A program made the translations under genes and the position numbers. Positions 1 to 8,662 of a DNA stretch of 64,000 nucleotides are shown piece after piece. Under the pieces are notes generated by a model. That model worked only from the letters and a program-made list of their open reading frames with translations, had not been told where the DNA came from and did not search any database. The stretch covers positions 14,958 to 78,957 of the forward strand of contig JACPBQ010000003.1 in NCBI GenBank assembly GCA_016180235.1, read 5' to 3'. Each line of letters starts with the position of its first letter. Positions within the stretch are counted from its first letter, which is position 1. The stretch is from Candidatus Woesearchaeota archaeon (GTDB lineage: Archaea; Nanobdellota; Nanobdellia; Woesearchaeales; GW2011-AR4).

Positions 1-60
1 CCTGCCCTTCACCTTGTACTCAAAATCCTCGAATATGTTGTCAACATTGGGATCTGCCAT
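1..60 (-). CDS. 5' end of a CDS running off the left edge (MADPNVDNIFEDFEYKVKGR...)
   Basis: ATG at 60-58, open frame to the window edge, AT-rich TATA-like sequence upstream. Confidence 0.55.
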   Translation of the reverse strand, partial: MADPNVDNIFEDFEYKVKGR

Positions 61-233
61 TTTGGCTTTTTTAAGCAGGCAATTTATATTTAAATTTATT
101 GTATTTGCCTCTCATATAGAAAAGTTTAAATTCTGGGTTTGCAGGGATTACAAAATGAGGCTTTTATGAAAACATACTCACTATCGTTCGTAATCTTCAT
201 TTTGAATATGAAGGGTAGGGAGGTTAGTTCAAA

Positions 234-500
234 ATGAAGATCACCATAGATACTAAAGAGGACAGCCATGATGAGATAAAGGGAGTTATAAAGATGCTTT
301 CCTCTTTGTTAGGCGAAAAAGAGGTAATGAGCAACCAGGATATATTTAGCGATAACAGCTCTGGCCAGGAAGCCGGGGTCTTTAATATGTTCAGCGGCTC
401 TGATTCCGGAAGCAGCTCTGAAGTGAAAGCAGAGCCCAAAAAGGAAGAGAAGGAAACTCTTGATTTTGAAATACCCGGGCTGGAAGAATACCACGATTAG
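234..500 (+). CDS. small acidic hypothetical protein
   Basis: 88 aa ORF with GGAGG SD upstream; no recognised domain. Confidence 0.75.
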   Translation: MKITIDTKEDSHDEIKGVIKMLSSLLGEKEVMSNQDIFSDNSSGQEAGVFNMFSGSDSGSSSEVKAEPKKEEKETLDFEIPGLEEYHD

Positions 501-1135
501 ATCTCAATGATCTTGCCTTTCTTGCCGACATTTATGACTTTTGTCTTTCCAACCCTTTCTTCTATGCCTTCTGCCTCATGAACATGGCTGCACAGCAAAA
601 TATCCGGCTGGAATTTTTCTATTGCTTTCCTTACCCCTGAGCTTCCGGGAAATATCTGGGTGAATTTCTCCATCTTGGTGCCTTCAGGATGCACATGCGT
701 AACCATTATCTTTTTCTGCAGGTATTTTATCTTGTCAAAGCCTCTTTTCAGCAAATCGTATATCTCCTTTTCATCCAACTGATGCAGCCCGATATTTGCG
801 CCTCCGCAGCCGAACAAGCCGACGTCCTTGTACTTGACCGAATAGCCGTGGATATTCTTTATACCATATAAATCAGCAAGGAAATCGGCAGTTGCGACAG
901 TCTCGTGGTTTCCGGGTATAAGCAAAACCTTTTCTTTTCTTTTTGCGAAAGGCCCTATTATGTTATCTGTGCTTTTTTCCATCATGGTCAAGTCGCCGCA
1001 TAAGATTACCAGGTCGCAGTTCTCTTTCTGCGCCCGCTCAGCAAGCTTTTCAGCCAGGCTCGTGTCTCCGTGTATATCTCCAGCCGCAAGTATCTTGAGC
1101 TTTTTATCCTGTTTTTCTTCTTTGGGTTTTTGCAT
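497..1135 (-). CDS. calcineurin-like metallophosphoesterase (Icc-related)
   Basis: motifs DIHG, GDLT, GNHE, THVHP, SHVHE. Confidence 0.92.
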   Translation of the reverse strand: MQKPKEEKQDKKLKILAAGDIHGDTSLAEKLAERAQKENCDLVILCGDLTMMEKSTDNIIGPFAKRKEKVLLIPGNHETVATADFLADLYGIKNIHGYSVKYKDVGLFGCGGANIGLHQLDEKEIYDLLKRGFDKIKYLQKKIMVTHVHPEGTKMEKFTQIFPGSSGVRKAIEKFQPDILLCSHVHEAEGIEERVGKTKVINVGKKGKIIEI

Positions 1136-1188
1136 TTTTTACTGAATTGTTAATGGACGGCAATTTAAAAAAGTTGGCATTTCAGCAG

Positions 1189-2514
1189 TTAATTACCTTC
1201 TACATAGATTTCTTCGGTTAAAATGCCTCTTTTGTTAGGTTCCAGTTTTGCTATGACTTTGCCATAAGGGTTTACTATCTGGGTAATGCCCGTATTTGTT
1301 GCTCTTAAAACATACTTGCCGTTTTCCGCTGCATTTAGCCTTGAATACAAGCTCGAAAGATATAAGCCCCTTGAATTTTTTAATCTCTGGTTGTTTGCCA
1401 AGGATATCAGGAATTTGGCGCCATTTTGGGAATATTCTTTGCTTATGTGCCCTTGTGTCTCTTCATAGCACATCGTAATGCCGAATTTAATGTTGCCTAC
1501 CTCGGAAATTCCAATTTTTTCTCCCGGCAAGGTCCATTTCTCATATGGAAGCGGCTTTACTGATGCATAATCCCAAAAAAATGTCCCATTCGGCAAGAAC
1601 AGCTTAGCAACGTTATTTTTGAGCCTTCTGTCACCATAGTACCCGTCATGCCATTTTAATGTGCCTAAAACAAGGTAAGAGCCTGATTCTTTTGCTAATT
1701 CAGATATTTTTGATGATAACTCTTCACTTTTTTCTATGTCAGCAGGGATAGAGTATTCCGGCCATATTATTATTGCAGGATTCTCCTTGGCTGCTTCTAA
1801 TGTCAGCTCATGGTAAGCATCAAATATTGTCCCATTGGCATTGCTTATCCTCCAGTCCCAGCTTTCGTTAAAGTTTCCCTGTATCAAAGCCACTTTAAAT
1901 GGCTCTCCCTTAGGCTGGGAAAAACTGCTGTATGCAAAAGAATACAGCAGCACTAAAGCCAAAATGGACCCGAATGCAATCAATCTTTTGTCCTTTTTAA
2001 TCAAATAAAAGCATATCATTGAATTAATTAATACTATAAGGAATGTTATTCCATGGCTGCCTATGGACCATATCAATGGGGCAAGCATCGGCTGGAACAT
2101 GGCAAGATTGGCCCAATAGCTGTCCAGGAACGAGAATGAATAGGCAAACATTAAGAGGAGCCATAAAGCTGGCACTGCAAAGATATTCCAGGGGTATTTT
2201 ATTTTTTTGATTGACAGTCTTGACAGTATAAGGAACAAGAACAGGAAAGAGGCTATAAGCAATACTCCAAAGAAGTAGGTCTTGTAATCATAGAACCTCA
2301 CCCAGTGGAATATTGCTGCAGGGCATACGGCGGCAAAGATTATCGAATAGGATGTTGCTGCCATTTTTTTTGAACTATATATCAGGAATAATATCGGCAC
2401 CAAAGCAGCCCATATAAGGAAGTTGAGGTAGAAAATCGAGATTATGAACAAAAAAACTGACAAAACCAGCAGGGGAATTCCCTTCTTTACCATAAAAAAA
2501 GAATTTGCAGCCAT
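1189..2514 (-). CDS. lnt: apolipoprotein N-acyltransferase-like protein
   Basis: N-terminal TM bundle plus nitrilase-fold motifs VALIQGN, IIWPE, MCYE, RATNTGITQIVNPYG. Confidence 0.85.
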   Translation of the reverse strand: MAANSFFMVKKGIPLLVLSVFLFIISIFYLNFLIWAALVPILFLIYSSKKMAATSYSIIFAAVCPAAIFHWVRFYDYKTYFFGVLLIASFLFLFLILSRLSIKKIKYPWNIFAVPALWLLLMFAYSFSFLDSYWANLAMFQPMLAPLIWSIGSHGITFLIVLINSMICFYLIKKDKRLIAFGSILALVLLYSFAYSSFSQPKGEPFKVALIQGNFNESWDWRISNANGTIFDAYHELTLEAAKENPAIIIWPEYSIPADIEKSEELSSKISELAKESGSYLVLGTLKWHDGYYGDRRLKNNVAKLFLPNGTFFWDYASVKPLPYEKWTLPGEKIGISEVGNIKFGITMCYEETQGHISKEYSQNGAKFLISLANNQRLKNSRGLYLSSLYSRLNAAENGKYVLRATNTGITQIVNPYGKVIAKLEPNKRGILTEEIYVEGN

Positions 2515-2584
2515 AATTTAAATAGTTTCCCAAAAAGCTTTATTGAATGGCAAAGATTAAATAAGCCAATAAAATTGCATTGTC

Positions 2585-3583
2585 ATGGAAATGAAAGGCT
2601 ATAAGGATTATATCCTAAACAAGTCTGTTTCCGTTGTGCTGACTGCCCTGATATTGCTTTTGATAAGCCTGAATGATAACCTGCAGGCACAATGGAGATT
2701 GTTAATAATAACTATAATAGTTTTCGGTCATGGTCATTTTATCACAAGCTACATTTATCAGGTAAGGAGCTTGAGGAATAAGCTGCCAAGGAAAAGAAAC
2801 ATCTTGGCTTTTGTTTTTTTGCTTGCTTCGCTGTCGATTGCACTGCTTTATGCCCGGTTCGGCCTTGGCTATAACGACCTTGCATTGGTATTCATAGGGG
2901 CTTATTTTCTGATTCATAATACCCTGAACGAGAGGACGATGTTTGTTAGCTGCTCGAAAAAAGAGAAGAACAGTTATCTCGTGGTATCTATTGTGATATT
3001 CTTGTTCTTATGGGTCTACTTTGGGTCTGTCGGGCATGACAGTTTTTCGTTTGCCCTGTCCGAAAGCATAGTCACTTTTGATAACATCAACAATATTATC
3101 CCTATTGATCTTTATGAAAATGTTGTCCCGGATTTTGTCTCCATGTTGCCCTTGTTTTTGGGAGTGCTTTTGCTGGCATATTTCACCCTAAAGGAATTTA
3201 GGAATAGAAAAAGGATTTTGGCCATGTACTCCATTGCAGCTGTTTTTATTGTAATGGGAGCATTTAGCATGGCCGGGAATTTTCTTTATTTGATGGCTTT
3301 CATAATCATATACCATTATATCACCTGGTTCATCTATTTTTTAAAAAAGACCAGCCATGGGGGAGAGTTCTTGTATAGGACTAAGCCATATCTGGGAATG
3401 AATATTTTGGTATATTGTGCATTGATTGCAGTTTTTTATTTCGGAAATGTGTCCACGAGTGGGATAATATCGGGAATTTATTTCGTGTTCTTTTCATTGA
3501 ATTATTTTGTGTTATGGGTATTTTTGCACATTACAAGCACCCTGATTAACGAGGAGCAGATTGCAAAAATCATGAGGTTTTGA
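2585..3583 (+). CDS. polytopic membrane protein with four His motifs (paralog 1)
   Basis: very hydrophobic; GHGHF, IHNTLNE, YHYITWF, LHITSTLINE. Confidence 0.8.
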   Translation: MEMKGYKDYILNKSVSVVLTALILLLISLNDNLQAQWRLLIITIIVFGHGHFITSYIYQVRSLRNKLPRKRNILAFVFLLASLSIALLYARFGLGYNDLALVFIGAYFLIHNTLNERTMFVSCSKKEKNSYLVVSIVIFLFLWVYFGSVGHDSFSFALSESIVTFDNINNIIPIDLYENVVPDFVSMLPLFLGVLLLAYFTLKEFRNRKRILAMYSIAAVFIVMGAFSMAGNFLYLMAFIIIYHYITWFIYFLKKTSHGGEFLYRTKPYLGMNILVYCALIAVFYFGNVSTSGIISGIYFVFFSLNYFVLWVFLHITSTLINEEQIAKIMRF

Positions 3584-3975
3584 CATATGGGCATTTTCAA
3601 TATGTATAAGGATTACATTGCCAATAAAGCAATCTCGCTATTGATTACGGCTTCCATTTACTACCTTTCTGGCCTTTTCACTGCAGCTGGCATGCAATGG
3701 ACTCTTTTGGTGATGGTGTATGTTTTCTTTGGCAATGGGCATCATTTCACAAGCGCGATTTATCAGATCAAAAGCCTGAACAGGAAACTTCCGTCAATTA
3801 AAGGGAAGATGGCATATGCTTTTTTGGTGTTGGCTTCTTTCCTGCTGTTTGCTTACCTTAATTTTGCCTGGACTTTTGCTTTCGGGCTGACATTTATTGC
3901 CGTTTATTTCTTCATCCACCATATTTTTAACGAGAGGACGATGTTTGTTAGCTGCTCGAAAAAAGAGAAGAACAG
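2927..3975 (+). repeat. 47-bp exact direct repeat (2927-2973 and 3929-3975) inside the two paralogs
   Basis: aacgagaggacgatgtttgttagctgctcgaaaaaagagaagaacag present twice. Confidence 0.95.
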
Positions 3976-4591
3976 CTACATCGTGACATTCTATGTCCTC
4001 TTCTTATTCTTCTGGATATTTTTCCCTACGATAAACAGCACAAGCTTCCAGTTTACCCTGGACAGGGCAGCATCCGTGATTACGTTCTCAGGCATGGCCG
4101 GAGGCGCTGATCTGGCAGCTCCTTCATACGCCATAGCAGGCATATTAAGCGCATCGTTTATGGCATTAGCCTTGGCCTTGCTCCTTGTTTATGCCTTTAT
4201 GAATTATAACAACATAAGGATGATACTTTTCCTGACATCCCTTTTGGTTGTTTTCCTTGCCATCGGATATCTGCGGCTATTCAGTGAATTTATTGGTTTG
4301 GTCGGATTTTTGATAATTTACCATTACATAACCTGGTTTATTTATTTCCTCACTAAAACCACGAAGTCAGGATATTACTTGAGGAGCAGAAAAGGATACT
4401 TGACAGTCAGCATTGTGATGCACCTGGTCCTCTTGATATTGTTAGTATTTGGCAACATGAGTGGGGGCTTTGCTGATACAATGTTCTTTTATGCATTGTT
4501 TTCGCTGCAATTCTTCGTGATATGGTCATTTCTTCATATCAGCAGCACTTTAATAAATGAAAAGCCGATAAATAGATTTCTTAAGTTCTAA
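3587..4591 (+). CDS. polytopic membrane protein with four His motifs (paralog 2)
   Basis: colinear paralog of the previous ORF; GNGHHF, IHHIFNE, YHYITWF, LHISSTLINE. Confidence 0.8.
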   Translation: MGIFNMYKDYIANKAISLLITASIYYLSGLFTAAGMQWTLLVMVYVFFGNGHHFTSAIYQIKSLNRKLPSIKGKMAYAFLVLASFLLFAYLNFAWTFAFGLTFIAVYFFIHHIFNERTMFVSCSKKEKNSYIVTFYVLFLFFWIFFPTINSTSFQFTLDRAASVITFSGMAGGADLAAPSYAIAGILSASFMALALALLLVYAFMNYNNIRMILFLTSLLVVFLAIGYLRLFSEFIGLVGFLIIYHYITWFIYFLTKTTKSGYYLRSRKGYLTVSIVMHLVLLILLVFGNMSGGFADTMFFYALFSLQFFVIWSFLHISSTLINEKPINRFLKF

Positions 4592-5403
4592 AGCAGAATT
4601 AAGTTAAGGATTGAGGCTATTATCCATATGAATATAACGGAATGATAGTAAAAAATGCTCCAGGATTCTTTTGCAAGCATGGCAAACAGCCAGCATAGGA
4701 TTGCAGCCCAGATAAAATAAACCGGGAAAGAGTATTTTAACATCAGCAACAAAGAGACAAGGAGCAATATTGATATTATCGATTTCGCCCATTTTAATCC
4801 TAGCTGGTTTGGTATGGTCCTTATTCCTGACTTTTTGTCCCCCTTTATGTCTTTAATGTCCCAAAAGATTTCAACAGCAAATATTATCAGGAAGATCACT
4901 ATAAAGTTGATTAGGTCAAAAAGCCTGAAGTTGCCCCTCAGTATTATATGGGTTCCGACTATGACAGAAGACCAGACGATTGCCGAGCTGGTATTTTTGA
5001 TAATGAAGACTTCCTTGAGCCGGATGCTTAGACCTCCTATCCTGATGCTTGAGCTGTAGGAGTAGCCCACAAAAGCTGCCGCAAGATATAGCATCAATAG
5101 CTCGATGTCAAAATAAATAAGATAAGGCATCGGCAGTAACAGGAAAATAATAGAGGCTGTTATTATTCGCCCGGAATATTTTCTGTCTGCTGCGTCTTTC
5201 TTTCTGTTTAACGAGTCCTCTTTGATATCTGTAGCCTTGTTGTACAAATAGACAAAGGCTGTAAGAGAGGTGAGGGAAAGAGATATCAATATCAAATCCG
5301 ACTCTGCATAATCCTTGAAAGACCTTAAGGTGAAGTAAAGTATCAGGAAAAATGAGGCAAACAGATGTATCCTGTACTTAAGGATGCTGTTTATTGGATT
5401 CAT
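4588..5403 (-). CDS. UbiA-family prenyltransferase
   Basis: Asp-rich motifs YNKATDIKEDSLN and WDIKDIKGDKKSGIRTIP; multiple TM helices. Confidence 0.9.
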   Translation of the reverse strand: MNPINSILKYRIHLFASFFLILYFTLRSFKDYAESDLILISLSLTSLTAFVYLYNKATDIKEDSLNRKKDAADRKYSGRIITASIIFLLLPMPYLIYFDIELLMLYLAAAFVGYSYSSSIRIGGLSIRLKEVFIIKNTSSAIVWSSVIVGTHIILRGNFRLFDLINFIVIFLIIFAVEIFWDIKDIKGDKKSGIRTIPNQLGLKWAKSIISILLLVSLLLMLKYSFPVYFIWAAILCWLFAMLAKESWSIFYYHSVIFIWIIASILNLILL

Positions 5404-5531
5404 GGGCTTGTTAAAATAAGTTAATATAAAAACTTTAGCAGGAAATATATTATTAACTATTAAGTAGTTACAATAGAAAGATTTATATAGTGGTAATAAT
5501 CATATGTTGTATTATGGGAAAAGTAACTATA

Positions 5532-5840
5532 ATGTATAATACTAGAAGATTTGGATTAGCTGCTTTAGTATCGGCTTTAGCTCTAGCGCCGGGGTGTGCT
5601 TCAAAACCATCAGATTATATATTCTCATCCCCAACAACTTATTCTGAAGAACAAATAGCTAGGGATAGAGAAAGATGCGAGAAGCTTGCTAACGAAAAAG
5701 AGAATGTTTATACTCCAACATATCTCATTACAGCAGTTATAACTCACTTAGGAGGCAACCCAAAATCTCAGAAATTTTTAGATAATAAGTTTGAAGAATG
5801 TATGAAGTCGCTTGGACATGAAGTTAGATATTTAAAGTAA
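5532..5840 (+). CDS. putative lipoprotein
   Basis: signal peptide RRFGLAALVSALALAPG-C ending in a lipobox-like Cys; ATG 5532 preferred over the upstream GTG. Confidence 0.65.
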   Translation: MYNTRRFGLAALVSALALAPGCASKPSDYIFSSPTTYSEEQIARDRERCEKLANEKENVYTPTYLITAVITHLGGNPKSQKFLDNKFEECMKSLGHEVRYLK

Positions 5841-5849
5841 AAATTTCTA

Positions 5850-6461
5850 TCATTCTTTCGGAAGGAGTTTTATCTCGTAATAATTGTCTCTGATCCTGAT
5901 TACTGCTTGCCTTACTTCATTTTGTTCGTCTATGCTTGAGCCAGCTGCTACCACATTTCCGGTTGCGCTTGAGTCTCCACTTTCGCTTCCGAAGCCTAAC
6001 ACGCCGCTTACCATCCCAACAATTCCCACCGCGCTGAAATCTGCTGGCGCAATCCCAGTAGCCGCTTCGACACCAGCACTAAGACCTGCATTTGCTGCTG
6101 CACTTGCTAGTCCACTAAGTCCAAAACCAGCTAAACCACTTAGGCCTGCGAGCCCAGCAATCCCGATACCTATGCCCATACTTGCAATACCAATTCCAAT
6201 GCCTAAAGCTCCAGCCAAGCCATCTCCAAAAGATGGCCCTACGCTACCACTACTTGAAGAAGCTTCAGCAGCACCTGTAGGGCCAGAAGAACCTGCTTCA
6301 GCCGCAGCCGCCGCGGCATCAGCTGCATTGGCGAAACCACCTGGGTCAGCACCTATACCTCCACTACCACCACTACCACCATCACCTGCCTGGACAAAAA
6401 CAAATAGGGAAATAAATACAATCAAGTATACCATAAATAACGCTGTTGGTTTTTTTCTCAT
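5850..6461 (-). CDS. exported Gly/Ala/Ser-rich protein with a glycine-zipper-like hydrophobic segment
   Basis: N-terminal signal peptide; GxxxG-rich stretch; 4-nt overlap with the upstream gene. Confidence 0.65.
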   Translation of the reverse strand: MRKKPTALFMVYLIVFISLFVFVQAGDGGSGGSGGIGADPGGFANAADAAAAAAEAGSSGPTGAAEASSSSGSVGPSFGDGLAGALGIGIGIASMGIGIGIAGLAGLSGLAGFGLSGLASAAANAGLSAGVEAATGIAPADFSAVGIVGMVSGVLGFGSESGDSSATGNVVAAGSSIDEQNEVRQAVIRIRDNYYEIKLLPKE

Positions 6462-7282
6462 CTTCCTATCCAGTCGTATTGAATGCCGAATGCCAATGGG
6501 AAATTATCATCAAGGACAAAATAATACGCAAAGTCCTCAAACTCTCTGGGCTCATTGCCGTATGTTTCATAAGGTCCTTTAGCTACTTCCTGCTGCAAAA
6601 TTGTGATTTTGGCTTTTCTCGGCCTTGCCAAATCATAATCATCTATTAGCCCTTTAAGCGTATCTTCTGGAAACTCATTTAGCTCAATGCTGCTGTCAAC
6701 CACTTTGTTGACAAAATCAATCATTTCGCCTATTTTGATGTTCTTTTTGTAGGTGAATCTTTCTAAATTTATCGCATCTTCTCCGTCGTATACTATTATG
6801 GGGAAAAAAAGGTTAAAAATTAGTAGTGAGTCTCCGACTTCAACATCGAGCTCTGGTTTATCAAATTCTGTAGTCTGCGGGAAATCATCAAAATTCTGTA
6901 TGCATCCATCAAGAAAAACATCGTCAAAATAAGTTTCAATGCCTGTTGCAATGCTGCCGCTTGAGAATTCGTAATTTTTTTGTATTCCTGGTGGGCCGTT
7001 TTTATCTATTGGTTTAGCTAGCTTATAAACTTTAGCGCTTTCAAATGCCCCTCCAGTCTCATAATTCCCTCCTTGGGCAAGCACTGCTCCCAAAGCTTCG
7101 TCAGATACCAGTTCAAGGCAGTCCTGCACATAATTCCTGACCTCAAATCCTGGAGTGGCCATTATTCTGTCTATCTGTATGATGTTCTGCTTTGCAGCAT
7201 AAAAAACAAACGCAAAAGTAAAGAGCAGAATTAAGCCTATTATAATGAAAACAGTCACCTGGGACCTCTTTTTGGTTTCCAT
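6458..7282 (-). CDS. class III (type IV pilin-like) signal peptide surface protein
   Basis: N-terminus KKRS/QVTVFIIIGLILL. Confidence 0.75.
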   Translation of the reverse strand: METKKRSQVTVFIIIGLILLFTFAFVFYAAKQNIIQIDRIMATPGFEVRNYVQDCLELVSDEALGAVLAQGGNYETGGAFESAKVYKLAKPIDKNGPPGIQKNYEFSSGSIATGIETYFDDVFLDGCIQNFDDFPQTTEFDKPELDVEVGDSLLIFNLFFPIIVYDGEDAINLERFTYKKNIKIGEMIDFVNKVVDSSIELNEFPEDTLKGLIDDYDLARPRKAKITILQQEVAKGPYETYGNEPREFEDFAYYFVLDDNFPLAFGIQYDWIGR

Positions 7283-7357
7283 GCTATTTGTGACTCAGTT
7301 CTATAATAAGCATATATAATTTTTGCTAATTTGGCGTCAGTTATTGGAGGAAAACAA

Positions 7358-7927
7358 TTACCTCTCAATAACCTTCACTTTATCTGTTAAATCAGCAATC
7401 CTGCTCGGCTTCCCTTCCTTGACGCCTTCATAAATTAAGAAATCCGCTTTGCTCTTTATACCATTATCCAAATCTTCTAATGATGTCATAAAGCCCTCTC
7501 CGGAGATATTTACGGATGTGGACACTATCGGAATGTTGATTTCTTTCACAAAGCCGGAAAACCAGTGCTCTGGAATCCTTACGCCCAAAGTGTCCAAACC
7601 GGGAGCAACATTCTTTGCCACGCACTCTTTTTTTGTCTTTAATATCAACGTATAAGGTCCCGGCAATTTTTTTATCCATTCATTTGCATTAGCATTTATC
7701 CTGCAGTTGCCTGAAATCCATTCTTTTGAGGGCGCAATTACGGAAAAAGGGTTATTCCCTCTTTTCTTGATTTTTCTTATCCTTGCAACTGCTTCCTTGT
7801 TCATTGCATTGCATCCTATGCCGTAAATCGTATCAGTGGGATAGATGAAAACTATATTTTCTTCCTTTAGCTTCGTCCTTATGATATCTTTTTCCTGCTC
7901 GAACTCTTCCTTATTCAATATCCTCAT
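7358..7927 (-). CDS. tsaC: threonylcarbamoyl-AMP synthase (TsaC/YrdC/Sua5 domain only)
   Basis: PTDTIYGIGC, IKKR, PGPYT, GVRIP, STSVNISG. Confidence 0.93.
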   Translation of the reverse strand: MRILNKEEFEQEKDIIRTKLKEENIVFIYPTDTIYGIGCNAMNKEAVARIRKIKKRGNNPFSVIAPSKEWISGNCRINANANEWIKKLPGPYTLILKTKKECVAKNVAPGLDTLGVRIPEHWFSGFVKEINIPIVSTSVNISGEGFMTSLEDLDNGIKSKADFLIYEGVKEGKPSRIADLTDKVKVIER

Positions 7928-7985
7928 GGAAAAAGCGAATTAGAAAGCGTATTTATACTTTGTGTTAATAAATTTTATAAAAAAA

Positions 7986-8102
7986 TTATAGGTTCCTGAC
8001 GCTCTGCTCTCTTGCTCTCTGCCTCCACCAGAGCTCTTCCAGGAATTCTGCCTTCTTTTTGTAGTCTTCCCATTCCATGAATTCTTTTTTGCGGAAAAGC
8101 AT
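7986..8102 (-). CDS. 38-aa micro-protein MLFRKKEFMEWEDYKKKAEFLEELWWRQRAREQSVRNL
   Basis: translated by hand; ATG 1 nt after the upstream stop; GAGG upstream. Confidence 0.55.
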   Translation of the reverse strand: MLFRKKEFMEWEDYKKKAEFLEELWWRQRAREQSVRNL

Positions 8103-8103
8103 C

Positions 8104-8256
8104 TTAAGCCTCTAAATAACCGATCATGAATCCTTCTTCCCCTGTCGTAAGCTCGTCATCCTCGATAAGCCGCTCTATGACTTTCTCGGAGTAAATGCTG
8201 TCGTCATCCATGCTGTCTTCCTCATTTTCCCCGATATAAGCCTCTTTTTCTTCCAT
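8104..8256 (-). CDS. 50-aa acidic micro-protein (…IYSEKVIERLIEDDELTTGEEGFMIGYLEA)
   Basis: translated by hand; SD GAGGTGA upstream. Confidence 0.7.
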   Translation of the reverse strand: MEEKEAYIGENEEDSMDDDSIYSEKVIERLIEDDELTTGEEGFMIGYLEA

Positions 8257-8261
8257 CTTAT

Positions 8262-8381
8262 TCACCTCTTTTCCAGCAATTTTCCGCTGAACTGCAGGTC
8301 AAAGCTGTCCTGCTTTCTTAGCGTAAGCTCTTTTATCTGCCTGTAAAACAGCTCCTTTATTGTTTCGTTGCTTAAATCCAT
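8262..8381 (-). CDS. 39-aa micro-protein MDLSNETIKELFYRQIKELTLRKQDSFDLQFSGKLLEKR
   Basis: translated by hand; SD GAGGTGA upstream. Confidence 0.6.
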   Translation of the reverse strand: MDLSNETIKELFYRQIKELTLRKQDSFDLQFSGKLLEKR

Positions 8382-8417
8382 TTTTTATTCACCTCAACTA
8401 TCGGATTGATTTGATCG

Positions 8418-8585
8418 CGCCGCGGCTGGGAGCACTGGGAAATTCTCGGAATTTCCGGTGTGCCGAAAATCTCGGATTTTCCAGCATTTCATCCAAGAGG
8501 AAATCCATCAAAGGATTTGAACCCAGATACCATTGCTGGCAGGTGGGTTTCAAGCACCCGCAATACCGGATTATGCGACCGCGGC
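8418..8585 (-). tRNA. type II (long variable arm) tRNA with a Ser-like body, anomalous anticodon arm and 84-nt T-loop insertion (8432-8515)
   Basis: acceptor GCCGCGG/CCGCGGC with G73; D arm GCATAATCCGGTATTGC; V arm GCCA-GCAA-TGGT; T arm CTGGG TTCAAA[..]T CCCAG. Anticodon is GAA in canonical register, TGA if shifted by 1 nt. Confidence 0.8.
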
Positions 8586-8626
8586 ATGAAAAAGTTTATA
8601 TACCTGTATTGATTATGATGTTTTTA

Positions 8627-8662
8627 GGGTTTCACGCATCCGCTCTACCGGATTGAGCGGCC
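8627..8662. repeat. diverged direct copy of the tRNA 5' half (29/36 identical to 8545-8580)
   Basis: manual alignment; hairpin CCGCTC/GAGCGG followed by a T-run on the + strand. Confidence 0.8.

Noticed and set aside
5884-6582. 232-aa Pro/Ala-rich + strand ORF
   Set aside because: Antisense shadow of the Gly/Ala-rich gene, which has a signal peptide and translational coupling.
8360-8656. 98-aa + strand ORF from the track
   Set aside because: It is the antisense of the tRNA locus, has a TTG start and shows no protein features.
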